NCBI GenBank assembly: GCA_017484225.1
Contig: JAFUTN010000008.1
Span: 7,440-71,439, forward strand
Reading direction: 5' to 3'
Length of the DNA: 64,000 nt
Origin: Alphaproteobacteria bacterium
GTDB lineage: Bacteria; Pseudomonadota; Alphaproteobacteria; RF32; CAG-239
The position numbers and the translations under genes were made by a program. Under the pieces are notes generated by a model. It saw only the letters and a program-made list of their open reading frames with translations, ran no database searches and was not told the origin of the DNA. Below are positions 1-8,107 of the stretch, piece after piece (position 1 is the stretch's first letter; every line of letters begins with the position of its first letter).

Positions 1-623
1 TTGTCTATATCTTCGTTGAAAGCGGAAATGCGTACATACAAAATATCGTCATTTTTAATTTCACTCTTCACGGCCTGAACTTTTATTTCATCACGCTTTA
101 AGGTTACATCAAACGGCTTTTCATTAATACGGCGAATCGTTATTTTTACTCTTGTGCCGACCTTTCCGCGCAATTTGCTTACAGCTTCGTTTAAGGTTAA
201 CCCGATAACCGATTCTCCGTCAATATCCGTTATGTAATCGCCGGCTTTAATTCCGGCTTTGCTTGCCGGTGTGTCGTCAATCGGAGAAACAACTTTTACA
301 ACTCCGTTTTCCATGGTTACTTCAATTCCTAAACCGCCGAATTTGCCTTTTGTCTGCTCGTTCATATAGCGAAAATCTTCTTCGGTTAAATAGCTGGAAT
401 GAGGGTCAAGCGAAGTCAACATTCCGTTGATTGCTGCTTCTACAAGCTGTTTATCATTAACTTCTTCAACATAAGATGACTTTGTGCGTTCCATAATCTC
501 ACCAAACAGATTAAGCAACTCGTAGGTATTAATCGGTTCTTCTTTCGGGCTTGGTTTGGCATTGGCACACGCAGTGATTAAGCTGATGATTAATGTGTAT
601 GCAACTAAAGTTTTTTTCAACAT
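1..623 (-). CDS. ctpA: S41 C-terminal processing peptidase CtpA, N-terminal part (gene runs off the window start)
   Basis: My own translation from the ATG at 623 gives MLKKTLVAYTLIISLITACANA (signal peptide), then a PDZ-like GGLGIEV...VSPIDDTPASKAGIKAGDYITDIDGESV. It is absent from the ORF track because it is open at the window edge. Position next to the envC-like gene and gpmI is typical. Confidence 0.85.
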   Translation of the reverse strand, partial: MLKKTLVAYTLIISLITACANAKPSPKEEPINTYELLNLFGEIMERTKSSYVEEVNDKQLVEAAINGMLTSLDPHSSYLTEEDFRYMNEQTKGKFGGLGIEVTMENGVVKVVSPIDDTPASKAGIKAGDYITDIDGESVIGLTLNEAVSKLRGKVGTRVKITIRRINEKPFDVTLKRDEIKVQAVKSEIKNDDILYVRISAFNEDID

Positions 624-644
624 ATTTTATTCCTTATCTATTTT

Positions 645-1901
645 TTATTTGGCAATCCATTCGTTAGGATTAAGCGGGTGATTGTTTTTGCGGATTTCCA
701 TGTGCAATTTTGCGGTGTCGCTTGACGGCATGGTTCCGACCGGCTCTCCGGCTAATAGCATTTGTCCTACCTGAGTATTGTTTTCCTTCATTCCGCTCAG
801 CAGAGATGTGTAGCCGTCACCGTGGTCTAAAATGATTAAGTTATCAAAGTTTTTGAACGGACCGGAGAAAATAACCGTTCCGTCATACGGAGCAATAACT
901 TGGGCCTTTGCCGCCGTTTTAATGTCTATACCGTTTGATTGCACACCTTTGGAAAGTTCTTGGTGAAATGTTGTGATAATCGGGCCTCTGGCCGGACGTG
1001 AAAGTTTGCCTTTTGCTTTGGCAAAATTAACGGATACAGGCTCGGCATCTGCCGAATATTCGTCCATGTCATAACCGGTATCTTTTAACTGATGATTATT
1101 GGCAGTGCGGACTTTTTCAATTTCGCGTTCACGTTCCAAACGACGTTTTTCCGCCAGTTGCTTTGCTTCTTGTTTCTGTTTTTCCAATTTTTCCAATAAA
1201 TCGCGCAAACCGCTTGCCTGACCGGCCAAGGCATCTGCCCGTTTTTTGGCTTCGGCGCTTTGGGTTGAAAGTTTGCCATACATTTCACTTTTTTGTTTAG
1301 ACATTTTTTCCATTTCGGCGCGCTGAGTTTCCAAATTTTTATTTTCTTCTTCCAACTCGGCAAGTTGAGATGCAATCATATCTTTTTGCTCGTTGATATC
1401 GTCTATGCCGGCACGAATAATGCCGGCACGTTTTTCCAGGGCGTGAGCGCTGCCGCGGAGCAATAAACTGCTGCGCATAACTTCAACCGGCGAAAGAGGT
1501 TGAACCAAAATTGCCTCAGACGGACGTAAAGCCAAATTTTCTAAGGCTGCCAATGTTTCAACCAACATTGAGTTTTCGGCAGCAAATTTTTTTTCCGACT
1601 CCGCCAGCTTTTTTTGCAAAGATTGCAATTCTTCTTTGCGGCGGCTGACTTCGTCTTCACCGTTTTGAATTTTTTTTGCGGCAGCTATCATTTTTTTATT
1701 TACTTCAGCTAATTCGCTTTTGATTTTGTTCGCCTGCTGCTGAATTTTTTTGTGTTCTTGCGATACTTTTTGCGCCTCGGCTTCGGCTTTTGCCACATCA
1801 TAAGCCGAAACATTTTGAGCGTTTGCAGCTTTGCACGAATCGCTGATACCGATTGTAAGTGCAAAAACAAAAAACAAAAGTGCGCAAGTAATTTTATTCA
1901 T
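645..1901 (-). CDS. M23 peptidase with a long N-terminal coiled coil (EnvC-like murein hydrolase activator)
   Basis: Signal peptide, a K/E/Q-rich coiled-coil region, and a C-terminal M23/LytM-like segment (GIDI...VIAPYDGTVIFSG...GNLIILDHGDGYTSLL...LHMEIR). Confidence 0.8.
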   Translation of the reverse strand: MNKITCALLFFVFALTIGISDSCKAANAQNVSAYDVAKAEAEAQKVSQEHKKIQQQANKIKSELAEVNKKMIAAAKKIQNGEDEVSRRKEELQSLQKKLAESEKKFAAENSMLVETLAALENLALRPSEAILVQPLSPVEVMRSSLLLRGSAHALEKRAGIIRAGIDDINEQKDMIASQLAELEEENKNLETQRAEMEKMSKQKSEMYGKLSTQSAEAKKRADALAGQASGLRDLLEKLEKQKQEAKQLAEKRRLEREREIEKVRTANNHQLKDTGYDMDEYSADAEPVSVNFAKAKGKLSRPARGPIITTFHQELSKGVQSNGIDIKTAAKAQVIAPYDGTVIFSGPFKNFDNLIILDHGDGYTSLLSGMKENNTQVGQMLLAGEPVGTMPSSDTAKLHMEIRKNNHPLNPNEWIAK

Positions 1902-1913
1902 ATTCCAGTCCGT

Positions 1914-3443
1914 TTATTTTTTCAAAAGCGAAGTTCCGGTCATTTCTTTCGGTTTTTCAATGCCGAGCAAATCCAACAGAGTAGGGGAAATGTCCGCCAA
2001 ACGTCCGTCTTTTAATCCCTTTACATTTTCCGGAGCATTATAAATAACGGCGCGAACTTTGCCGACAGTATGAGCGGTATACGGTTCACCTGTTTTTTCA
2101 TCAATCATTTTTTCCACATTTCCGTGGTCGGCTGTTACCAGTAAAACACCGTCAACTTCTTTAATGGCTTCCATTACGCGCCCTAAAGATTTATCAACGG
2201 CGGCAACGGCTTTCAGTGCGGCACTCATAATACCCGTATGTCCCACCATATCACCGTTGGCAAAATTGCAGATTATGGTATCAAATTTGCGGCTTTTGAT
2301 AGCATCAACCAAGGCATCTGTTACCTCGTAAACACTCATTTCCGGTTTCAAATCATAAGTAGCAACTTTCGGACTGTTAATCAAAATGCGCTCTTCTCCT
2401 TTGAACAGGCGTTCTTCTCCGCCGTTAAAGAAGAATGTAACGTGAGCGTATTTTTCCGTTTCGGCAATGCGAAGCTGCGTTAATCCGTGTTCGGCCACGA
2501 TTTCACCGTAAATATTGGTCAGTTCTTCCGGCGGAAATACGGTGTTCATAAAACGACGGTGGTCGGCAGAATATTCAGTCATACCGTTGCAAGACGAGAA
2601 TTTTATTACCTTGCGACGCTCAAATCCGCTAAATTCCGAATCGCCTAAAGCATACAAAATTTCACGAGCGCGATCGGCTCTGAAGTTTGCCATCATAACG
2701 GCATCACCGTCTGAACAACCCTGATAGGTGCCGATAACACAAGGAACCACAAACTCATCATTGACACCGGCGGCATAAGATGCGTCAATGGCCTCATCAA
2801 CGGTTGCATATCTTTTACCATCGGCACTGACAATATTATTATACGCCAATTCAACTCTGTCCCAGCGTTTGTCACGGTCCATGGCATAAAAACGACCGGA
2901 TAAAGTGGCAACGGAAACATTAGGCATATCTTTAAGCGAATCCGCAAATTCGCGAAGAAATCCCTTCGCAGATGTCGGAGGTGTGTCACGGCCGTCCAAA
3001 AAAGCATGAACATAGGTTTTAATTCCGCTGCGATTAAAGATATCGCACAATGCCGCAATATGCTTTTGGTGCGAGTGAACGCCGCCCGGTGACATCAAAC
3101 CCATTAAATGGCATGATTTTCCGCTCTTTTTCAAGTTATCAATTAAGGAAACAATAACCGGATTTTTTTCCAATGTATGGTTCTTTACGGACTCGTCAAT
3201 TTTTGGTAAGTCTTGCATAACAACGCGTCCGGCACCCAAATTCATGTGTCCTACTTCGGAGTTGCCCATTTGTCCTTCCGGCAAACCGACATCCAGTCCG
3301 GAAGTTTCTACAAAACAATGCGGACAGGTGTTTAAAAGCTCGTGCCAATGAGGAGTTTCTCCCTGTTCTATGGCGTTATCCGCCGTGATGTTTTTTCTAT
3401 AGCCCCAGCCGTCCAAAATAAGCAACATAACCGGTTTTTTCAT
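1914..3443 (-). CDS. gpmI: 2,3-bisphosphoglycerate-independent phosphoglycerate mutase
   Basis: Full-length iPGM motifs: LLILDGWG, GNSEVGHMNLGAGR, GGVHSH, ADHGN. Confidence 0.95.
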   Translation of the reverse strand: MKKPVMLLILDGWGYRKNITADNAIEQGETPHWHELLNTCPHCFVETSGLDVGLPEGQMGNSEVGHMNLGAGRVVMQDLPKIDESVKNHTLEKNPVIVSLIDNLKKSGKSCHLMGLMSPGGVHSHQKHIAALCDIFNRSGIKTYVHAFLDGRDTPPTSAKGFLREFADSLKDMPNVSVATLSGRFYAMDRDKRWDRVELAYNNIVSADGKRYATVDEAIDASYAAGVNDEFVVPCVIGTYQGCSDGDAVMMANFRADRAREILYALGDSEFSGFERRKVIKFSSCNGMTEYSADHRRFMNTVFPPEELTNIYGEIVAEHGLTQLRIAETEKYAHVTFFFNGGEERLFKGEERILINSPKVATYDLKPEMSVYEVTDALVDAIKSRKFDTIICNFANGDMVGHTGIMSAALKAVAAVDKSLGRVMEAIKEVDGVLLVTADHGNVEKMIDEKTGEPYTAHTVGKVRAVIYNAPENVKGLKDGRLADISPTLLDLLGIEKPKEMTGTSLLKK

Positions 3444-3565
3444 TATTTTTCCTTCCTTACTAAAACAAAAGTCCGAATTAATTCTACAACATTATATATA
3501 ATAAAACAAAATTAAAAAGCACTATTTATTATTTTATAAACAGGCTTATTATAAACAAATAAAAG

Positions 3566-3594
3566 TTGACATCAAGTGTTTGTATTCATAAATT
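3566..3594 (+). promoter_or_regulatory. Sigma70-like promoter for the porin gene
   Basis: TTGACA (3566..3571), 17-nt spacer, TAAATT (3589..3594), followed by SD AGAGGTGG before the ATG at 3620. Confidence 0.5.
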
Positions 3595-3619
3595 AATATA
3601 AAGTTTTAGAGGTGGTATA

Positions 3620-4726
3620 ATGAAAAAGTTTTTGTATGTTTTGTTGCCTTTTGCGATTGTTTCTCCGGCCGGTGCCGGCGAGTTTGTGTATGACTATTCC
3701 GCAGTCGGAGGGGCTTTTTACGGTTACAGCGAGTTTTCCAAACACATCAGGCATTATAAACATCATAATACTCCGTCTTATTTAGAAGTTTTCAGCAGTG
3801 CGGGGTATGAATTTGATGCCGATACTTCTTTGATGATTAATGCAGATGCTCAGATTGCCGGAGCTAAAGAGGTTGAAGACTATAATCACGGAGATTGGGG
3901 CGAAAATGTGTATGTAACGCTTCAATCGCACTATGGTGATGTCAGTGTCGGCCAAGTTTATAATGCCGCATATCAAATGGCTGTCGGGGCTCCGTCTGTC
4001 GGATATTTTAAGGCAAACAATTCCCCGATTACCGATTTTTTGGCGAATCCGAATTGGCAGCGCAACAGCAAAGTTACTTCTTATCGCACACTTAATTCAA
4101 CATATTTAAATACTGATGCCGATGCCATGAAAATCAGTTATACAACACCGGAGTTTTACGGCACAAAAGCAGCGTTTTCATATACGCCGGACAGCTATTC
4201 CAAAGCCGGATTATTGAATAAGGACAGTGCTTATGAACATAAATCATCTTATGCCGCCGGATTATATAATCTTTCGGATTTCGGTTATTTTGAGGCGGAA
4301 AGTTCACTGGGTTATGCCTATAATCGCAAAAACAATCAGGAAGTTTCGGCCGGATTGAGTCTGTATCGCAAAGGATGGACACTCGGCGGTTCATATCGTA
4401 AGAGTTTTACTTCCGGCAGTGATTATGCTCTGGCCGGCACAAGTGAAAACGGCTTGCCGGCATATTATGACGGCTTCAGAAAAGGTGATGCTTACAATGT
4501 CGGTTTAAGTTATGAAATAGGACCGTTTAAAACCGGAGTAACTTATTTTGCTTCGGCCGCCGATAAAACTGCCGATAAAAATAAGACGGTAACTTTTGCC
4601 AACCGTTTCGCCTTTAATAAATATGCTGCGGTTTATGCCGCTGCCGCTTGGAGTGAATACAAAAGCGAAATTGAGGGCAAAAATAACGGCACTGCGGTTA
4701 TTTGCGGACTTGAATTTAATATTTAG
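3620..4726 (+). CDS. Outer-membrane beta-barrel porin (family not assigned)
   Basis: Signal peptide ending AGAGE. Alternating aromatic/Gly/Ser/Tyr-rich strands throughout, no hydrophobic helices. Size is typical of a 16-strand porin. Confidence 0.55.
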   Translation: MKKFLYVLLPFAIVSPAGAGEFVYDYSAVGGAFYGYSEFSKHIRHYKHHNTPSYLEVFSSAGYEFDADTSLMINADAQIAGAKEVEDYNHGDWGENVYVTLQSHYGDVSVGQVYNAAYQMAVGAPSVGYFKANNSPITDFLANPNWQRNSKVTSYRTLNSTYLNTDADAMKISYTTPEFYGTKAAFSYTPDSYSKAGLLNKDSAYEHKSSYAAGLYNLSDFGYFEAESSLGYAYNRKNNQEVSAGLSLYRKGWTLGGSYRKSFTSGSDYALAGTSENGLPAYYDGFRKGDAYNVGLSYEIGPFKTGVTYFASAADKTADKNKTVTFANRFAFNKYAAVYAAAAWSEYKSEIEGKNNGTAVICGLEFNI

Positions 4727-4734
4727 GAATTGAG

Positions 4735-5346
4735 ATGGCGAGCATTATCATAAAAACGGTGATTCCTGATTTTTCTGCTGATTTATGTGAACAAATCGGA
4801 AGATATTTGCCGGATTTTTGCTTGGTGACGGAAAATGCTGATGTTGCCGTTACGGATGACTATGGTGAATATATAAATCTGCGGGCGGAAAATCAAAAAA
4901 TGCCGATAATATTTTTGTCTTCCGATGCCAAAATTCCGGAAAATGACTTGTTGTGTGTTGTTTTGCGCAAACCGTTTAAATTAACCGAATTGTTTGATGT
5001 GTTGCGTTCGGTGATAACCAAAATGGATAATACCGAAGCCGGATATTTGCACTTTAACGGATATGAGCTGCGTCCCAGCGTTAAAGAATTGTGGGACGAA
5101 CAGAGTCAAATTGTTGTTAAACTGACGGAAAAAGAGGTTAGTATCTTAAAATATTTGTATAAGGCCGGAGATGAGTTTGTCGGCAAAAATGAACTGCAAA
5201 AAAATGTGTGGCAATACAGCGGTGATGTTTCAACGCACACGATAGAAACTCACATATACAGACTTCGGCAGAAAGTAGAACAAAAATGCAAACGTTGCCT
5301 GATAGTTACAAATAAGGGCGGGTATAAATTACAAACGGAATCTTGA
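4735..5346 (+). CDS. OmpR/PhoB-type winged-helix regulator with a degenerate receiver domain
   Basis: The C-terminus has the trans_reg_C pattern (LTEKEVSILKYL...THTIETHIYRLRQKV...GGYKL). The N-terminal receiver keeps the K-P (LRKPF) and an Asp (VTDDYG) but lacks the acidic pair after beta1. Confidence 0.6.
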   Translation: MASIIIKTVIPDFSADLCEQIGRYLPDFCLVTENADVAVTDDYGEYINLRAENQKMPIIFLSSDAKIPENDLLCVVLRKPFKLTELFDVLRSVITKMDNTEAGYLHFNGYELRPSVKELWDEQSQIVVKLTEKEVSILKYLYKAGDEFVGKNELQKNVWQYSGDVSTHTIETHIYRLRQKVEQKCKRCLIVTNKGGYKLQTES

Positions 5347-5347
5347 T

Positions 5348-6121
5348 ATGCCAAAGTTAAAAACAAAGAAAAAATCCGCCGACGAAATTCGCAAAATCAA
5401 TGTGAAAGCATTGCTTAATGATACATTCTCCTATATAAGGGAAAACCCGCAATTTGTTCTTTGTTTGATTGTGGTTAACATGGTGTTTATGCTGTTTTTT
5501 AAGGCAATCGGAGGAATATCTAACCCATTGAGTATTTTGTGGTGTGCGGCATATTACCTTTTTTGGTGCTGGTTTTATCGTTACTACTACCATTTGAAAC
5601 CATATATTTTCAGTAAAACGGTATTTGGAAGTTTGGCCCCGTCAACAAAAGCTTTAGTGCTTATGGGATTGGTTTTTGCCGTTATTCTTGTGACACCGAT
5701 GGTTCCGTTGTTTGTGGGGTTTAATGATGTGTATCTTAACTACTATGAAAATTACATTTCCGCAGTTGAAAGTTTGTCAACGCAAAATGATATAGAGGCA
5801 TCATTTGCCGACATTGCCATAATATACGGTATTTTTGCGTTACTTTCTCCAATGTTGATATGTAAACCGTATATGGCATGGATTTCTTCATTGCGCGGTC
5901 ACAATGCCTCGTTTCGCAAAGCCGGAGACAAAACAAAAGGAAATTATCTTTCTTTTGCCATTATTTCGGCGTTATTGTTATATCCGGAGGCAGTATGTGA
6001 TAAACTTGATGCTATTTTGGGGGCCGATAAGTGGCTTAGTTATGTTTGCAGCACTTTGATTTTTGCCTACACAAACATTATTTTTGCCAAGATGTATGAC
6101 TTTTTCTATCTCAAACATTAG
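5348..6121 (+). CDS. Polytopic membrane protein, unknown function
   Basis: Several hydrophobic helices and a basic N-terminus. The start is 1 nt after the regulator stop, so the two are probably co-transcribed. Confidence 0.5.
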   Translation: MPKLKTKKKSADEIRKINVKALLNDTFSYIRENPQFVLCLIVVNMVFMLFFKAIGGISNPLSILWCAAYYLFWCWFYRYYYHLKPYIFSKTVFGSLAPSTKALVLMGLVFAVILVTPMVPLFVGFNDVYLNYYENYISAVESLSTQNDIEASFADIAIIYGIFALLSPMLICKPYMAWISSLRGHNASFRKAGDKTKGNYLSFAIISALLLYPEAVCDKLDAILGADKWLSYVCSTLIFAYTNIIFAKMYDFFYLKH

Positions 6122-6140
6122 TTGCTTCTACGAAATAATC

Positions 6141-6169
6141 TTTACAATCTCGGTTAGTTTTGTTACTAT
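6141..6169 (+). promoter_or_regulatory. Sigma70-like promoter of leader L1
   Basis: TTTACA (6141..6146), N17, TACTAT (6164..6169). The same architecture and position recur in the paralogous leaders L2 and L3. Confidence 0.6.
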
Positions 6170-6175
6170 TCCGAC

Positions 6176-6397
6176 AGAGTGAGCTAAAAACTCACTTCAG
6201 GGCGTGACAACCCTTTGCAAAAAATCAGTCGTTATAAAACGACTTTTAATTGTATGCCGATTTCGCATGTTGTTGTGTGCGGATGTCGGTGTTATAAGGC
6301 TTAAAGCACGAAATCGCCGAGCCGTTTTGATTTTTTGCACGGTTTGTCAACATCCGCCCACCATTTTAGGTGGCTTTTTTGTTAACTTTTTTAATTA
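6176..6397 (+). promoter_or_regulatory. Structured 5' leader RNA L1 (candidate attenuator / riboswitch-like element) of LRR paralog 1
   Basis: Aligns end to end with the leader of the 15220..15969 paralog, with compensatory stem changes, a 45-nt near-identical core (6279..6323) and a 3' terminator. The start is estimated from the promoter. Confidence 0.55.
6356..6380 (+). terminator. Intrinsic terminator inside leader L1
   Basis: GCCCACC-ATTTTA-GGTGGC followed by TTTTTT, located about 20-35 nt upstream of the candidate start codons. Confidence 0.55.
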
Positions 6398-7396
6398 ATG
6401 AAAAGGATGTTAAACATGAAATTTTTGCATAATAGTATTGTTGTCAGCTGCAGCTTAATGTTTTGTTTTTCGGTCAGGACAGAGGCAAGTATCATAAGTT
6501 GTATAAACGGAACAGATGCTGACGGAAAAGCCTGCGAATCATGCGGGGAAAATTGTAATTGGACTTTTGATACCGAGAGCGGAAAACTCAATATTTCCGG
6601 AAGCGGAAAAATGAATGATTACAACGGTTATTGGGATAAAGAGAACAAAGTTTATGTGTCAGATACTCCTTGGAGCGAATACAAAAGAAAAATAAAATCT
6701 GTAGACGTCCAAGGCGTAAGTAATATAGGAAATATGGCTTTTTTCGGCTCAAACGGCTCTCTTGAATCGTGTAATATCGCCGACACGGTGACAGATATCG
6801 GTAAAGGTGCTTTTTACTCTGCAAATCTGAAAAATATTGTATTACCGGAGTCTTTAGAAAATTTACGGGAATCTGCATTTGAATATTCCGGTTTGATTTC
6901 TGCAATAGTTCCGGATTCCGTGAAAAATATGGATGGAAGAGTTTTTGCTTATAATAAAGGTCTTGTGTCGGTGGTTATTCCCGACACATTAACCGAGATT
7001 AAACCTTGGGGAACACTCGGATTAGACTATAACAATATACAGATTATCTGTAAAGGAACCGAAAGTTCCTGCGCCCGCTTGGCAAGTAAAGTTGAAGGAC
7101 TCGGTTATAATATGGATAATTTCGTTACGGCAGATGCTCAATATTGCACCGGCAGCTACATATATGACGAAAACGGGTGTCACAAACGCAATGAAAATCA
7201 ATGCAATGATACGGAAAATTATTATTACAACGGAAAGACTTGCGTGTATCGTCCGTCAAGTGGCGAAATTAAATGTGAAAACTCCGGTTTTTATGCCGGT
7301 TACGGGTATTGTTACCGTGTTCGCTACACAATGGAAGAAGCAAACTCGGCAACGAGTGATGATACGGAGAATATGATTGAATGGATTTTTGAATAA
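6398..7396 (+). CDS. Secreted BspA-type leucine-rich-repeat / Cys-rich protein, IEWIFE-tail family, paralog 1
   Basis: Signal peptide. Motif CNWTFDTESGKLNISGSGKM. LRR_5-like repeats (IGNMAF, IGKGAF, VLPESL, IPDT). Cys-rich spacer. Shared tail RYTMEEANSATSDDTENMIEWIFE. The start may be the ATG at 6416, which has a better SD. Confidence 0.8.
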   Translation: MKRMLNMKFLHNSIVVSCSLMFCFSVRTEASIISCINGTDADGKACESCGENCNWTFDTESGKLNISGSGKMNDYNGYWDKENKVYVSDTPWSEYKRKIKSVDVQGVSNIGNMAFFGSNGSLESCNIADTVTDIGKGAFYSANLKNIVLPESLENLRESAFEYSGLISAIVPDSVKNMDGRVFAYNKGLVSVVIPDTLTEIKPWGTLGLDYNNIQIICKGTESSCARLASKVEGLGYNMDNFVTADAQYCTGSYIYDENGCHKRNENQCNDTENYYYNGKTCVYRPSSGEIKCENSGFYAGYGYCYRVRYTMEEANSATSDDTENMIEWIFE

Positions 7397-7407
7397 AGGT
7401 TAAGACT

Positions 7408-7443
7408 AAAAAAAGGCGCTCAAATCAGAGCGTCTTTTTTTTA
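7408..7443. terminator. Bidirectional intrinsic terminator between paralog 1 and pal
   Basis: A-run, GGCGCTC-AAATCA-GAGCGTC, then a T-run, between convergent genes. Confidence 0.8.
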
Positions 7444-7469
7444 TTTTAATTCAAACTAATCTGTTCAAA

Positions 7470-7934
7470 TTATTCAGCAGAACTGATAACCGTAACTGCA
7501 CGGCGGTTTTGAGCCCAAGCTGCTTCATTGCTGCCGAGAACAGCCGGTCTTTCTTTACCGTAAGAAATTGTAGAAATTCTGCTTTCATCAATACCGCGAG
7601 ATACTAAGTATTGTTTAACAGCATTGGCACGGCGTTCACCCAAAGCCAAGTTGTATTCACGAGTACCTCTTTCATCGCAGTAACCTTGAACGATGGCATT
7701 AACATTTTCATGCTTGCTCAACCATTCAACTTGAGTGTCCAAAGCAGCAGTAGCTTCAGCAGAAAGTGCAGAACTGTCAAATGCAAAGAATACTGTATCT
7801 GTTGCGTTTTCAGCAAAGTTACGAGCTAATCTTGATTCGCAATCAGCACCACTGAACAAACCACCGTCAGCACCGAACATAGAGCAGCCTGACAAGCAAA
7901 CAATAGCGCAGAATAAACTTAAAAGTTTTTTCAT
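7470..7934 (-). CDS. pal: Peptidoglycan-associated lipoprotein (OmpA family)
   Basis: Lipobox LSGC. The OmpA-like C-terminal domain contains FAFDSSAL...GYCDERGTREYNLALGERRA. Confidence 0.9.
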   Translation of the reverse strand: MKKLLSLFCAIVCLSGCSMFGADGGLFSGADCESRLARNFAENATDTVFFAFDSSALSAEATAALDTQVEWLSKHENVNAIVQGYCDERGTREYNLALGERRANAVKQYLVSRGIDESRISTISYGKERPAVLGSNEAAWAQNRRAVTVISSAE

Positions 7935-8107
7935 TTTATTTTCTCCATATGGTTTTTATATTTATCGCATTTCTGCGAAAGTTAATTTAATTGCATTACA
8001 ACTAATACAGCATTAACTTAAGAAATATTGGTAAATTTTTCAATAACAAAATTAAAAAAATAACAATAAAGTTGAAAATCTGTGCATTATTTTTATAAAT
8101 TTTAGTT

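Noticed and set aside
6196-6215. Resemblance of TTCAGGGCGTGACAACCC to the ZTP (pfl) riboswitch core GGGUCGUGAC
   Set aside because: Only a short partial match. The pfl pseudoknot partner CCGCCUGGGC and the rest of the consensus are absent, and the downstream genes have no link to purine or folate metabolism. I also found no cobalamin, c-di-GMP, SAM or T-box signatures.
6204-6398. 64-aa ORF (GTG start) lying entirely inside leader L1
   Set aside because: It has no SD and runs through the leader hairpins and the terminator. The homologous leader L2 does not keep the reading frame (indels of non-multiple-of-3 length). The conservation pattern fits RNA structure, not coding sequence.
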